Assembly: GCA_030537525.1 (NCBI GenBank)
Contig: JAUNVU010000001.1
Location: forward strand, 84,187-148,186
Source of the DNA: Eubacteriales bacterium
Lineage (GTDB): Bacteria > Bacillota > Clostridia > Saccharofermentanales > DTU023
DNA length: 64,000 bases
Direction: 5' to 3'
The notes beneath the pieces are model-generated. The model saw nothing but the letters and a program-made list of their open reading frames with translations, was not told the DNA's origin and searched no databases. Positions 17,573 to 28,030 of the stretch are shown one piece after another (within the stretch, counting starts at the first letter, position 1; each line of letters starts with the position of its first letter). A program made the position numbers and the translations under genes.

Positions 17573-19249
17573 ATGTCCTATAAGACCGATATCGAAATTG
17601 CCCAAGAGGCGAAGTTGAAGCCGATCGATGAGATTGCCAAGAATGCAGGTATTGATACTGCAATGCTCGAACACTATGGCCCATACAAGGCTAAGATTTC
17701 ACTAGATGCCCTCAAGGGTGAGCAGAAGCGCGGTAAGTTAATTCTGACCACAGCAATCACACCGACACCAGCAGGTGAAGGTAAGACTACTACCACCATT
17801 GGGGTTGCTGATGGCTTGCGTCGCTTAGGCAAGAACTCTGCTGTCGCTCTGCGCGAACCATCACTAGGTCCCGTCTTCGGTGTCAAGGGCGGTGCGGCTG
17901 GTGGCGGCTATGCACAGGTCATCCCCATGGAAGATCTGAACTTACACTTTACTGGTGACTTCCATGCCATCGGTGCAGCAAACAACCTCCTAGCTGCAAT
18001 GCTAGATAACCACATTCACCAGGGAAATGCCCTGAATATTGATACCCGTTCAATCATCTGGCGCCGCTGCGTAGATATGAACGATAGACAGTTGAGAAAT
18101 GTTGTCGATGGTCTGGGTAAACGCGGTGATGGCGTAGTCCGTGAAGACGGTTTCGATATCACTGTTGCTTCAGAAGTAATGGCAGTTTTCTGCCTCGCAA
18201 CTTCAATGGCAGATCTGAAGAAGCGACTTGGAAATATCATCGTTGCCTATAACATGGAGGGTCAGCCCGTCACAGCACATGATCTCAAGGCTGAGGGTGC
18301 TATGACTGCATTGCTCAAGGATGCCTTGAAACCAAATATCATCCAGACTCTAGAGGGAACACCAGCCTTTGTACATGGTGGGCCATTCGCTAATATTGCC
18401 CACGGCTGTAACTCAGTTCTAGCAACTACGATGGCCCTAACTCACGCCGAATACACAGTAACAGAAGGTGGCTTTGGTGCTGACCTTGGTGCTGAGAAGT
18501 TCCTCGACATCAAGTGCCGTAAAGCGGGCTTAAATCCAGACGCAGTAGTCCTAGTAGCCACAGTCAGAGCATTGAAGATGCACGGTGGCAAGGATAAGAA
18601 GGATCTGAAAGGTGAGGATCTTGAAGCCCTAGAACGCGGCATGCCAAACCTGCTTCGTCACGTTGATAATATGCTCAACGTCTTCGGTAAGAAGGTAGTT
18701 GTAGCGATCAACCGCTTCCCGGATGATAGTGAAGCTGAGCTAGAGCTAATTCGCAAGCTCTGCAATGAGTCAGGCGTCGATGTTGCTCTATCAGAAGTCT
18801 GGGCCAAAGGCGGTGAAGGCGGAATGGAAGTTGCTCAGAAAGTTATTGAGCTCTGTGAAAATGGCGAGAAGTCTGAGCAGAAGTTCGCCTACGAACTCGA
18901 CCAACCAATCGCCAAGAAGATCGAAGATCTGGCAAAGAACGTCTATAGAGCTGACGGTGTTGAGTTTACTCCGCTTGCCAAGAAGGCCATGAAGCGTGCT
19001 GAGGACTTGGGTTACGGAGATCTGCCAATTTGCATGGCAAAAACTCAGTACTCTTTTTCTGATGACCCCAAGGCTCTTGGTGCACCAGAGAACTTTACCA
19101 TTACGGTTAGAAATATCAGACTGTCTGCAGGTGCAGGCTTCATCGTTGCTTTGACTGGTGAGATCATGACCATGCCAGGCCTACCTAGAATCCCATCTGC
19201 TGAAAATATTGATGTCACAGAAGACGGTGTCATTACTGGTTTATTCTAA
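17573..19249 (+). CDS. fhs: Formate--tetrahydrofolate ligase
   Basis: [37 protein letters not shown]. Confidence 0.97.
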   Translation: MSYKTDIEIAQEAKLKPIDEIAKNAGIDTAMLEHYGPYKAKISLDALKGEQKRGKLILTTAITPTPAGEGKTTTTIGVADGLRRLGKNSAVALREPSLGPVFGVKGGAAGGGYAQVIPMEDLNLHFTGDFHAIGAANNLLAAMLDNHIHQGNALNIDTRSIIWRRCVDMNDRQLRNVVDGLGKRGDGVVREDGFDITVASEVMAVFCLATSMADLKKRLGNIIVAYNMEGQPVTAHDLKAEGAMTALLKDALKPNIIQTLEGTPAFVHGGPFANIAHGCNSVLATTMALTHAEYTVTEGGFGADLGAEKFLDIKCRKAGLNPDAVVLVATVRALKMHGGKDKKDLKGEDLEALERGMPNLLRHVDNMLNVFGKKVVVAINRFPDDSEAELELIRKLCNESGVDVALSEVWAKGGEGGMEVAQKVIELCENGEKSEQKFAYELDQPIAKKIEDLAKNVYRADGVEFTPLAKKAMKRAEDLGYGDLPICMAKTQYSFSDDPKALGAPENFTITVRNIRLSAGAGFIVALTGEIMTMPGLPRIPSAENIDVTEDGVITGLF

Positions 19250-19270
19250 AGTCTAATTTCAGATAAGATG

Positions 19271-19299
19271 AGCGGAGGCCAGTAGGCCTCCGCTTTCAT
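19271..19299 (+). terminator. Intrinsic terminator after fhs
   Basis: AGCGGAGGCC/GGCCTCCGCT 10-bp stem. Confidence 0.7.
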
Positions 19300-19326
19300 A
19301 ATCTCTTAGAGGGAAAGGGTGTTTTC

Positions 19327-20505
19327 ATGAAGCAAGTAGAACTAAATGCCAGAATTAAGCAGCTGGTCGACTTATATAACTGTCCAGTAGCAGTTTATGA
19401 TAGCTCTGGACAGCTAGTTCAGTCTGAAGGGAAACCTGATGTAGGTTGGCCCGAGACTGAAGCCATAATGAAGTTCATTGAAGGGGAAAAAACAGCAGCC
19501 GAAGTCAATTATTTTCTTGCTCTTAAACCAGAGGAAGTAGATGAAAACTCACTAATCGTTTTGTTACCTATAAGTTCTGCGCCAAGGGAGCGCGAGCTCA
19601 AGATGCTAGAACTATGGCTTCACGATGTACTATTAGTTGAAGAGAACGCCAAGGAGCAAGTCGCCTTCTTGAAAAATGTCTTGCTAGAAAATGAACTACC
19701 AGGTGATGTGCCTCTGAAAGCTAGAACTCTGAAAATTGATCTCTATAGGCCTCGCAGAGCTATACTGCTACGGATGCCTGGTGCCGATCAAGCAGATGTC
19801 ACTAAGCTTCTCAAAAATTTCTTCCCGAATAGCTACGAAAATTATTTCATTCCCATGGATGAGCACAATCATTTAATCATCTTCGATAGCGAAAATCTTG
19901 GTACTGGTTTTGAGCGAGGCTCTACGGGCAGTGAGAAGTATCAGAAGGCTTTAGATAGATTACTGCACTCACTAATCACCTATCTTGAGGACTTTAAAGA
20001 TGTTGATGCACGTCTTGGAATAGGCTTGCTCACGGATGAGATCAAAGATATCTCCCGTTCCTATAGAGAGGCCTCACTGGCACTAAAGGTCGGTGGTATT
20101 TTTGCCGCTGACAAGAGTGTCATGAGGTATGACCAACTGGGTCTAGGTAGACTAATTTATCAATTGCCGCCAACCTTATGTGAATTGTTCTTAACTGAGG
20201 TATTCCAACCCTACACTTACGAGCAATTAGATCAAGAAACTCTCAACACCATTGACAAATTTTTCGAAAACAATTTGAATGGTTCGGAAACTTCGCGTAA
20301 ACTATTTGTCCATCGAAATACCTTGGTCTACAGATTAGACAAGGTCGAGAAGATTACAGGATTAGATTTGCGTAATTTTGACGATGCTGTACTCTTTAAA
20401 CTGGCCGAGATGGTAAGGCAATATCTCTATGCGCTTGAGCAGGAGAATTCGCACTTAAACAGAATGAGCACAAGTAAACGTCGAACGAGGAAAGAGCTTG
20501 ATTGA
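19327..20505 (+). CDS. CdaR/PucR family transcriptional regulator
   Basis: C-terminal ETSRKLFVHRNTLVYRLDK HTH; typical position upstream of ftsE in Clostridia. Confidence 0.88.
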   Translation: MKQVELNARIKQLVDLYNCPVAVYDSSGQLVQSEGKPDVGWPETEAIMKFIEGEKTAAEVNYFLALKPEEVDENSLIVLLPISSAPRERELKMLELWLHDVLLVEENAKEQVAFLKNVLLENELPGDVPLKARTLKIDLYRPRRAILLRMPGADQADVTKLLKNFFPNSYENYFIPMDEHNHLIIFDSENLGTGFERGSTGSEKYQKALDRLLHSLITYLEDFKDVDARLGIGLLTDEIKDISRSYREASLALKVGGIFAADKSVMRYDQLGLGRLIYQLPPTLCELFLTEVFQPYTYEQLDQETLNTIDKFFENNLNGSETSRKLFVHRNTLVYRLDKVEKITGLDLRNFDDAVLFKLAEMVRQYLYALEQENSHLNRMSTSKRRTRKELD

Positions 20506-21526
20506 ATTTAGACATGTTTCAAAGATCTACAAGAAGCGGATACCCGCACTAGACGATGTAAGCTTTCGTATAGAAGCGGGAGAATTTGTCTTCTTGGTAG
20601 GTGAGAGTGGAGCAGGTAAATCCACACTAATTAAATTACTAACCTGTGAAGAGAGGCCCAGCAGAGGAAGGGTTATCTTGGATAACTTCAATGTATCTAG
20701 GATGCGCCGACAGCTAGTGCCTTTTTTACGTAGAAGATTTGGCATGATTTTTCAAGATTTTAGATTAATAGAATCTAAAACCGTAGCTGAAAATGTGGCC
20801 TTTGCCATGCAGATTGTTGGTGCGCCGAAAGAAGTAATTCAACGACGTGTGCCTATGGTCTTATCTGTTGTTGGTTTGAAGGATCGGATGGATGCCTATC
20901 CCAGCGAACTATCTGGTGGTGAGGCCCAGCGTGTGGGTATAGCCCGTGCGATGATCAACAACCCTCGTCTCATTTTGGCGGATGAGCCGACGGGCAACCT
21001 TGATCCTGCTAATAGCGAAGCGATTATGGCGCTCCTAGAAGAGATCAATCGAGTAGGCACTACAGTCATTGCCTGCACCCATGACGTCGCTCTAGTGGAC
21101 AAGATGAAGAAGCGAGTAATCGAGCTCAGAAACGGTAGAGTGGTTCGAGATGAGCAGCGCGCAGGCTATATGGATAGTAGTATTATCCCGAGTCCGCGTG
21201 AACTCGCTGAAATGGATAGGCTCATTGAGAGTTCTGGCCCAACAACAGTCGATGATACTGACCTAGATGAAGAGAAGCAGGATAGCATGGCTGAATTCAA
21301 TAAAATGCGTGATAAATTGCTAGAAGATCAAGAGCGTAGGCGCAATCGTGAATCGCTGGCAGAACGCATTGCAAGAATGCGCAAGGAGTTGGATTTAGAA
21401 ATTGCTGCTATGACAGAGATTTTGCCAGATTACAAGGATGAGTCAGGTAAGGCGACGGCTGAGAAGGTCGCTCCTGAGTCAAAAGAGCAGACAGAAGTTA
21501 TAGAAGAGAGTGGCGAAGATGAGTAG
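20498..21526 (+). CDS. ftsE: Cell division ATP-binding protein FtsE with a long C-terminal extension
   Basis: GESGAGKST, FQDFRLI, LSGGE, DEPTGNLD; TTG start; upstream of ftsX. Confidence 0.92.
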   Translation: MIEFRHVSKIYKKRIPALDDVSFRIEAGEFVFLVGESGAGKSTLIKLLTCEERPSRGRVILDNFNVSRMRRQLVPFLRRRFGMIFQDFRLIESKTVAENVAFAMQIVGAPKEVIQRRVPMVLSVVGLKDRMDAYPSELSGGEAQRVGIARAMINNPRLILADEPTGNLDPANSEAIMALLEEINRVGTTVIACTHDVALVDKMKKRVIELRNGRVVRDEQRAGYMDSSIIPSPRELAEMDRLIESSGPTTVDDTDLDEEKQDSMAEFNKMRDKLLEDQERRRNRESLAERIARMRKELDLEIAAMTEILPDYKDESGKATAEKVAPESKEQTEVIEESGEDE

Positions 21527-22424
21527 AGGACAATTAAAGTCTAAGGGTCTTCGCTATGCCTTTAAAGATGGCTTTGTCAGCCTAAGAAGGCACCCTTTGA
21601 TTCTTCTGGCATCGATTACCACAATGACCTTGATGCTATACTTGCTATCGATTTTTATGGCTTTTGCACTCAATGTCGTTCATTTGATTAATATTGCCGG
21701 ACAGCAACCGCCGATTGAGATTCAGTTTCAACAGACAGCTACCCCGGGTGACGTAGCTGCTATGGAGCAACGACTTGCTTCCGATAAGCGGGTTTTGGAG
21801 AAAAATGTCAGTGACCCAGAAGCCAATTTTATTCGCTTCAAGAAGCAAATGGGTGAAGAAGAACTCTATGCTGACTTTGACTATCATCAGTACATACCGT
21901 ACACCATACAAGTCCGACTTGAAGATCCAGCTGAAGGTGCGGCATTTAAAGAAGAATATTCCGTGTTGCCTGGTGTGCGAGAAATTTTGATGGAAGATCA
22001 GTTGATGGGCTTCCTACAGAAGGCCATCCGCTCAGTCTCTTTGGCAACTAGTTTGGTTTTCATCGCGCTAGCTATCATCTCTTGTTTTATTATTGCCAAT
22101 ATGGTTCGTGTAGCTATTCTTTCGCGTTCTGTTGAGATCTCGATTATGAAGTACATGGGGGCGACTAACCTATACATCCGGATTCCATTTGTCGTCGAGG
22201 GGATTGTCGTAGGCATAGTCTCGGCAATTCTCGCTATAATTCTTGGTTTCTTTACTTACGAGACTCTCTTGCTGAGATTTGATCCCAATCTGGCGACTTC
22301 GGACTTTCATCTTCTGACGCATGGTAAAATTTTGCCTGCCATGGCTGCGATCTCTTTTACTGTTGGCATTCTCCTTGGCGGGATTAGCTCTGGTGCCTCT
22401 GTTAGGAAGCATATTCAGGTTTAA
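21519..22424 (+). CDS. ftsX: Cell division permease FtsX
   Basis: Four TM helices, IMKYMGATNLYIRIPF motif. Confidence 0.9.
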   Translation: MSRGQLKSKGLRYAFKDGFVSLRRHPLILLASITTMTLMLYLLSIFMAFALNVVHLINIAGQQPPIEIQFQQTATPGDVAAMEQRLASDKRVLEKNVSDPEANFIRFKKQMGEEELYADFDYHQYIPYTIQVRLEDPAEGAAFKEEYSVLPGVREILMEDQLMGFLQKAIRSVSLATSLVFIALAIISCFIIANMVRVAILSRSVEISIMKYMGATNLYIRIPFVVEGIVVGIVSAILAIILGFFTYETLLLRFDPNLATSDFHLLTHGKILPAMAAISFTVGILLGGISSGASVRKHIQV

Positions 22425-22425
22425 A

Positions 22426-23619
22426 ATGAAGCAGATAATCAAGAAAATTTCTAGTTTTTTACTTGCTGTTGTTCTCTTGTTCGGGCTGTTTTCTACAGCT
22501 TTTGTTCAGAGACGAGAAGTTCTTGCAGATGATCCCTGGTCTAAGATTCTGGAAATCAAGAAAGAGCAAGAGGCACTAGCGGCTAATCGTGAGGCTTTGG
22601 CCGCTGAATTATCCGTGCTTGAGGATGAGGAAGCATTAAAGACTTCACAATATGCATGGATTTTGGAACGCAGCGAAGTAGAGCGTGAAAAATATCTCAA
22701 GCGAGTAAATCAGTTGTACAGGGTCTATTTAAATATGGAGTCTGTCAAGGCATCTCTTGCTCAGGCTATAGAGATGTTTGAAGCGAAGAAGCAGCAATAT
22801 GGGGAACGCATAGGAACTATGTTTCGTATGCAGCAGAAATCACTGCTCGAATTATTTTTAGAAGCTGATACCCTTGAAGGTTTCTTCACCACAATCAAGT
22901 TTATGAAGATAGTCAATGCGGCAGATGCGGAGGCTCTGGCATCTCTGTCCAAAGCTGCTGAGAATTTGGAACAACAGAAGGAGCTTGAGGCTGGGAAGTA
23001 CCAAGAAATGTCCGCTATGGTAGATGTGCTAGAGGCCGATATTCTCGCCATGCAAAAAGAGGTCGATGCGGCAGCGGCAGAAGCTACGGCAGCTCAAATA
23101 GAACTGATGAACAAAATAGATACCATGAGCTCCTACAATGCTCTTGAAGAGGAGCTTAAAGGCCAGTTGCAAGAATACGAACTGGCATTGCGTAATATGC
23201 AACATCAGAATATTGCCTTATCCTTTAATGGTATTTTGGGCTGGCCTTGTCCAGGGTATAGCGCCATAACTTCGGGTTTTGGGCCGCGCTATATACCGTC
23301 GATTGGTTTAAACGATTTTCATACTGGTCTTGATATGGCAGCACCAGTTGGTACACCTGTCTATGCAGCTTCGGGTGGCTACGTTTACTTCGCTTCATAC
23401 GGAAATATCTCTGGTAATACGGTGCGGATTGATCACGGTGACGGTCTACATACTCTTTACTGCCATCTTTCGGGTTTTAATTGCTATGTTGGACAGATGG
23501 TCAATGCAGGTGACTTGATTGGCTATGTTGGTTTAACGGGTTTGACGACTGGCCCTCACTTACATTTCCAAGTTGAGGTCAATGGCGTTGCGGTTGATCC
23601 AACTATTTACCTGTATTAG
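22426..23619 (+). CDS. Coiled-coil M23 peptidoglycan endopeptidase (EnvC/CwlO-like FtsEX partner)
   Basis: Signal peptide, long coiled coil, intact HTGLD and HLH Zn motifs. Confidence 0.88.
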   Translation: MKQIIKKISSFLLAVVLLFGLFSTAFVQRREVLADDPWSKILEIKKEQEALAANREALAAELSVLEDEEALKTSQYAWILERSEVEREKYLKRVNQLYRVYLNMESVKASLAQAIEMFEAKKQQYGERIGTMFRMQQKSLLELFLEADTLEGFFTTIKFMKIVNAADAEALASLSKAAENLEQQKELEAGKYQEMSAMVDVLEADILAMQKEVDAAAAEATAAQIELMNKIDTMSSYNALEEELKGQLQEYELALRNMQHQNIALSFNGILGWPCPGYSAITSGFGPRYIPSIGLNDFHTGLDMAAPVGTPVYAASGGYVYFASYGNISGNTVRIDHGDGLHTLYCHLSGFNCYVGQMVNAGDLIGYVGLTGLTTGPHLHFQVEVNGVAVDPTIYLY

Positions 23620-23680
23620 TTTCCAAGAGCTTTTACTTGGTCTATGATGGTTTTATATTTAGCTGTTAGGAGTTAGGTTT

Positions 23681-25084
23681 ATGTACGAAAGAAATAATCA
23701 GGAGCTTCAAACTCCAGAAATTAAGGTAGAGAAGAAGTCCGTACTTGGGGGCAAGTTAATTAAAATTTTAGCTTTATGCTTGGCAACAGCCTTGATCGTT
23801 GCTGCCGTTTTACCTAGTGCTTTTCCCTATGAGGGGGCCACAATTTGTGCCAATCCCAGTCATGATAGTAAGCTCGAGAACTCTGGAAAGCAGTCTAAGA
23901 GCAAGCAGATTAAAGACTTTGGAGATATTTGGGAACAATTTGACGGCCACCCTTTAGAAGAGGTTTTCAAGGGCAAGACCGATGAAGATACCTATAGATC
24001 GCTCGGCCGTCTTCTTGATGTCTACAGCTTAATTAAAGATGATTACTACAAGGATCTAAGTGATAAGGAACTCTTGGATATTATGTTGAAAGGTCTCTGC
24101 AATGAGCAGGATTCACAATACACCTTCTACTTATCTCCTGAAGAAAATGAACGAGTGAATGAGTCCAATAGTGGAGAGTATTCAGGTATTGGTGCCATAG
24201 TTCAGATGAAGGATAACTATTTCCAGATCTCAGATCTTGTTGATGACTCTCCTGCAGCTCAATCAGGACTGAGGATTGGTGATCAATTCCTCAAGGTTGA
24301 TGAAGAAGACGTTACTTCATTTGCCGATGTTCAGCAGTTAGCGGCGGCAGTACGAGGACCAGAGGGCACTAAGGTAGTTCTGACCATGTTCAGACCAACA
24401 GATAAGAAAGAATATGAGTTTAAGATTGAGCGCAAGAAGATTACCAATGCCAACTTGCGATCTGAATTATTGCAAGATAGTGTTGGCTATATTAGAATCG
24501 TGCAGTTTAATCAGGGTGTAGCAAAGAATTTCATCTCCGCCCTCAATGATCTGCAAAAGCAGGGTATGGAGCATCTGGTAATCGATTTGCGAAATAATCC
24601 GGGCGGCTATGTCAGCGAGGTCACGAGTATTTTAGATTACATGTTGCCTAAGGGCCTATTGGCTACGGCTAAAGGTCGTCGCGATGGCGAAGAGTTTTCT
24701 GAAGAATGGACAGCCAATAGTGCGGCCAAGATCCCTAATTCGCTCGATATCTATGTACTGGTAAACGAAAATAGTGCCTCGGCCTCAGAATTATTGTCGG
24801 GAGTTATGCAGTATTACGAGAGAGCAACGATTATCGGTAGAACTACCTGGGGTAAGGGCGTGGGCAGCATTAGCTTCGACCTTGATGATGGCTCAGGTGT
24901 GCAGATCACGAATTTCCACTACTACTTGCCAAATGGCGTCTGTATTCAGGATATCGGTATAACACCTGATATTGAAGTCGAAACTCCTGAAGAAATACAG
25001 GGCTTAACCATTTCCCAGATTCCAGAAGGTGAAGATGTGGACCTCAATCGTGCATTGAGTGAGATGGGAGTATTAGATGATTAA
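23681..25084 (+). CDS. S41 carboxyl-terminal processing protease (CtpA-like)
   Basis: PDZ domain (YSGIG), DLRNNPGG, SASASE, GKG. Confidence 0.92.
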   Translation: MYERNNQELQTPEIKVEKKSVLGGKLIKILALCLATALIVAAVLPSAFPYEGATICANPSHDSKLENSGKQSKSKQIKDFGDIWEQFDGHPLEEVFKGKTDEDTYRSLGRLLDVYSLIKDDYYKDLSDKELLDIMLKGLCNEQDSQYTFYLSPEENERVNESNSGEYSGIGAIVQMKDNYFQISDLVDDSPAAQSGLRIGDQFLKVDEEDVTSFADVQQLAAAVRGPEGTKVVLTMFRPTDKKEYEFKIERKKITNANLRSELLQDSVGYIRIVQFNQGVAKNFISALNDLQKQGMEHLVIDLRNNPGGYVSEVTSILDYMLPKGLLATAKGRRDGEEFSEEWTANSAAKIPNSLDIYVLVNENSASASELLSGVMQYYERATIIGRTTWGKGVGSISFDLDDGSGVQITNFHYYLPNGVCIQDIGITPDIEVETPEEIQGLTISQIPEGEDVDLNRALSEMGVLDD

Positions 25085-26102
25085 GGCAGGAATGCGCAAA
25101 GAAGTTGTTTTAACGGGTGATAGACCTAGTGGAAGATTGCATATTGGTCACTATGCAGGTAGCATAGTGAATCGGCTCAAGTTGCAAGATGAATATGCAG
25201 AAAGCTATATCATGATTGCAGACTATCAGGCCTATACAGACCACTCTGATAAACCAGAATTAGTCAGAGAGTCAATAATCCAGTTGATGATTGACTATCT
25301 AGCAGTCGGCCTGTCGCCTGAAAAGAACTGTATCTTCATCCAATCTCTGATACCTGAGCTCTGCGAATTAAGTATGATTTACAACAATTTCGTTACCCTG
25401 GCTCGCTTAAAGCGAAATCCTACAGTGAAGACAGAGATGCAGGCTAAAGGCTATGGCGATACTGTACCAGTTGGTTTTTTAACTTATCCTATCTCACAGA
25501 CGGCAGATATCACTGCCTTCAAGGCAGAGCTTGTACCTGTTGGCGAAGATCAGCTCCCAATGTTGGAGCAGTGCAATGATATTGTACGCAATATTAGAAA
25601 CAGCTATGGTTCTAATGTTTTGAAAGAGTGTAAGCCCTTGCTCTCTAATGCCAGAAGACTGCCTGGTACAGATGGACAGGCTAAGATGGGCAAGTCTCTT
25701 GGTAATTGTATCTACTTATCGGATTCAGCAGACACTGTACGGGAGAAAGTAATGGGAATGTTTACAGATCCCAACCATTTGCGAGTAGAGGATCCTGGTA
25801 AGGTGGAGGGTAATCCTGTATTTACCTACTTGACCGCCTTTGACCCAAATCAAGGGGAGCTGGAAGAATGGAAGGCCTGGTATCAGAGAGGCGGTCTGGG
25901 TGATGTTAAAGTTAAGAGAAGACTCATTGATGTCTTAAATGCCCTTTTGGATCCCGTTAGAAAGAAGAGAGCGGAACTAGAAAAAGAAGAGGCGGAATTG
26001 TGGCAGTTGCTCTTCAAAGGAAGTGAGCAGGCCAGGAAAGTCGCAATAGAAACTTTGAGTGAATTGAAAAGTGATCTGGGGCTTGATTACCGCCAAAAAT
26101 AA
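25077..26102 (+). CDS. trpS: Tryptophan--tRNA ligase
   Basis: TGDRPSGRLHIGH, VPVGEDQ, KMGKS. Confidence 0.95.
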   Translation: MIKAGMRKEVVLTGDRPSGRLHIGHYAGSIVNRLKLQDEYAESYIMIADYQAYTDHSDKPELVRESIIQLMIDYLAVGLSPEKNCIFIQSLIPELCELSMIYNNFVTLARLKRNPTVKTEMQAKGYGDTVPVGFLTYPISQTADITAFKAELVPVGEDQLPMLEQCNDIVRNIRNSYGSNVLKECKPLLSNARRLPGTDGQAKMGKSLGNCIYLSDSADTVREKVMGMFTDPNHLRVEDPGKVEGNPVFTYLTAFDPNQGELEEWKAWYQRGGLGDVKVKRRLIDVLNALLDPVRKKRAELEKEEAELWQLLFKGSEQARKVAIETLSELKSDLGLDYRQK

Positions 26103-26121
26103 AGAATTTCAAGAAATCTTC

Positions 26122-26159
26122 GAAAAGGGCTTGCCATAAGCCCTTTTCTTTGTTATATT
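26122..26159 (+). promoter_or_regulatory. trpS terminator hairpin overlapping the S10 operon promoter
   Basis: GAAAAGGGCTT/AAGCCCTTTTC stem; TTGCCA(26131)-17 nt-TATATT(26154) with extended TG. Confidence 0.7.
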
Positions 26160-26164
26160 CCATT

Positions 26165-26410
26165 ATGTTGTTTCCACGAGAAACAGAGGCTTTGACCTCC
26201 GAGATTGCCGTTAGGCCTGCTGCGTAGGCTTCGCGGGTAACTCGGATCGAGCAAGTCGACACAAGATAGTCGGCGCTAAATAACGCGGCATGACAGGCGG
26301 CAAACCCGACGCAGGTCTCCGTAGTAGAGCAGGCGAGCGGGTTTTAAAATGTTCAAGCATGAAACGCCTGGTAGCGTTGTTTAGATGCAGCATGACAGGA
26401 GGTTATACTC
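26165..26410 (+). ncRNA. Long structured 5' leader of the S10 operon (candidate r-leader)
   Basis: About 245 nt, GC-rich; nested stems CCGAG(26199)/CTCGG(26245), AGGCCT/AGGCTT, AAACCCG/CGGGTTT. Confidence 0.55.
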
Positions 26411-26722
26411 ATGGCTGTTAACCAAAAAATTCGCATCAGACTAAAGGCTTTCGATCACCAGATACTGGACGAGAGTGCTTCACGCATTGTGGAGACTGCT
26501 AAACGCAGCGGAGCCGTAGTCAGCGGCCCGATCCCTCTGCCAACTGAGAAGGAAATCGTGACCATTCTACGCTCCCCACATAAGCACAAGGATGCACGTG
26601 AACAGTTTGAATGTCGTACCCACAAGCGCTTAATCGACATCCTGGCTCCCAGCACGAGGACCATGGAAGCTCTGATGAAGTTGGAGATGCCAGCAGGCGT
26701 CAATATCGAGCTCAAGATCTAA
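26411..26722 (+). CDS. rpsJ: 30S ribosomal protein S10
   Basis: [18 protein letters not shown]. Confidence 0.98.
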   Translation: MAVNQKIRIRLKAFDHQILDESASRIVETAKRSGAVVSGPIPLPTEKEIVTILRSPHKHKDAREQFECRTHKRLIDILAPSTRTMEALMKLEMPAGVNIELKI

Positions 26723-26771
26723 TAGCGCAAAGCTCATGTTCACCTAGGTGAACCAATAAGCAGGAGGTTTT

Positions 26772-27398
26772 ATGAACAAGTTTATGCTCGGCCGCAAGGC
26801 GGGAATGACTCAGATCTTCGACGAAGAGGGTCTCGCAGTACCCGTAACGGTAATTGATTGCGGTCCAGTGGTTGTCTTACAGAATAAGACAGTCGAAAAA
26901 GAAGGATACCAAGCGACCAGAGTCGCCTACGAGCCATATAAGAAGGGTAATAAACCCGCTCGTGGAGAGTATGAGAAAATCAATATTGAACCACATCGCA
27001 TTAGCCGTGAGTTCCGCGATACAGATACCTTCGAACTAGGCCAGGAAATCAAGGTCGATGAGATGTTCGCTGCTGGCGATCAGATCGACGTGATTGGCAC
27101 TTCTAAAGGTAAGGGAACTGCTGGCCCAATGCGCAGACATGGCTTCTCACGTGGTCGCGAGACACACGGTTCGAAGTTCCACAGATCTGCAGGCTCAATG
27201 GGCTCATCGGCAACTCCAGGCAAGGTCAAGAAGGGCAAGAAGATGCCAGGTAGACTCGGCTATACCCAAGTTACCGTACAGAATCTGCGAGTCGTCGAAG
27301 TCGATGGAGAGCGTAATTTGCTCTTAGTCAAGGGTGCAGTCCCAGGCCCGCGTGGTGGCCTTCTTGAGATCTCCACCTCTGTAAAGTGCAAGAAGTAG
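26772..27398 (+). CDS. rplC: 50S ribosomal protein L3
   Basis: GRKAGMTQIF, SKGKG, KGAVPG. Confidence 0.98.
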   Translation: MNKFMLGRKAGMTQIFDEEGLAVPVTVIDCGPVVVLQNKTVEKEGYQATRVAYEPYKKGNKPARGEYEKINIEPHRISREFRDTDTFELGQEIKVDEMFAAGDQIDVIGTSKGKGTAGPMRRHGFSRGRETHGSKFHRSAGSMGSSATPGKVKKGKKMPGRLGYTQVTVQNLRVVEVDGERNLLLVKGAVPGPRGGLLEISTSVKCKK

Positions 27399-27409
27399 GA
27401 GGCTAGATA

Positions 27410-28030
27410 ATGAAAGTTAACGTCTATAATTTCGCTGGCCAGACCGTAGATAGCATTGAGTTAAATGATCAGATCTTTGGCATTGAGCCCAATTTAGATC
27501 TATTACACAGGGTTGTCGTCTGGCAGAACAATAACGAACGTCAAGGTACGGTAAAAACCAAGACCCGTGCTGAGGTACGTGGTGGTGGTAGGAAGCCGTG
27601 GCGCCAGAAGGGCACCGGTCGAGCTCGTCAAGGCTCCATCCGTTCGCCTCAATGGGTTGGCGGTGGTCTAGCCTTCGGCCCGCGTCCCCGCTGTTACCGT
27701 ACACGTCTTAACAAGAAAATGCGCCGCCTAGCCCTGAAGTCAGCTCTTTCAAGCCTGGCTCAGTCTCAGTCAATTTTCGTCCTTGATGAACTCAAGCTCA
27801 ACGAAGCCAAGACTCGAGAGATGGCTAAGCTTTTAAAGAATCTTGAACTAAATGGCAATGCCATCTTAGTCATGGAAGAGAAGAATGAGGACGTATTACG
27901 TGCCGCTCGTAATATTCCAGGCTTGAAACTCTGCCCTGTCAACACCTTGAATGTCCGTGATCTATTGAAGTACGGCAACTTGGTTGTGACTCGTGCAGCT
28001 GTTCAGCAAATAGAGGAGGTATACGCATAA
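27410..28030 (+). CDS. rplD: 50S ribosomal protein L4
   Basis: [16 protein letters not shown]. Confidence 0.98.
   Translation: MKVNVYNFAGQTVDSIELNDQIFGIEPNLDLLHRVVVWQNNNERQGTVKTKTRAEVRGGGRKPWRQKGTGRARQGSIRSPQWVGGGLAFGPRPRCYRTRLNKKMRRLALKSALSSLAQSQSIFVLDELKLNEAKTREMAKLLKNLELNGNAILVMEEKNEDVLRAARNIPGLKLCPVNTLNVRDLLKYGNLVVTRAAVQQIEEVYA

Noticed and set aside
17573-19249. fhs as evidence of a Wood-Ljungdahl pathway
   Set aside because: Stand-alone gene with no folD/fchA/metF/acs neighbours; fhs is common in non-acetogens
26211-26393. Minus-strand ORFs in the S10 leader, and the many 60-190 aa antisense or alternate-frame ORFs elsewhere
   Set aside because: Shadow ORFs of conserved genes or GC-rich leader sequence, with no recognisable protein features
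26738-26753. Perfect palindrome GTTCACCTAGGTGAAC between rpsJ and rplC (and GGCAGCATGCTGCC before rplF)
   Set aside because: Single-copy small intergenic hairpins, common in r-protein operons; no evidence of a repeat family
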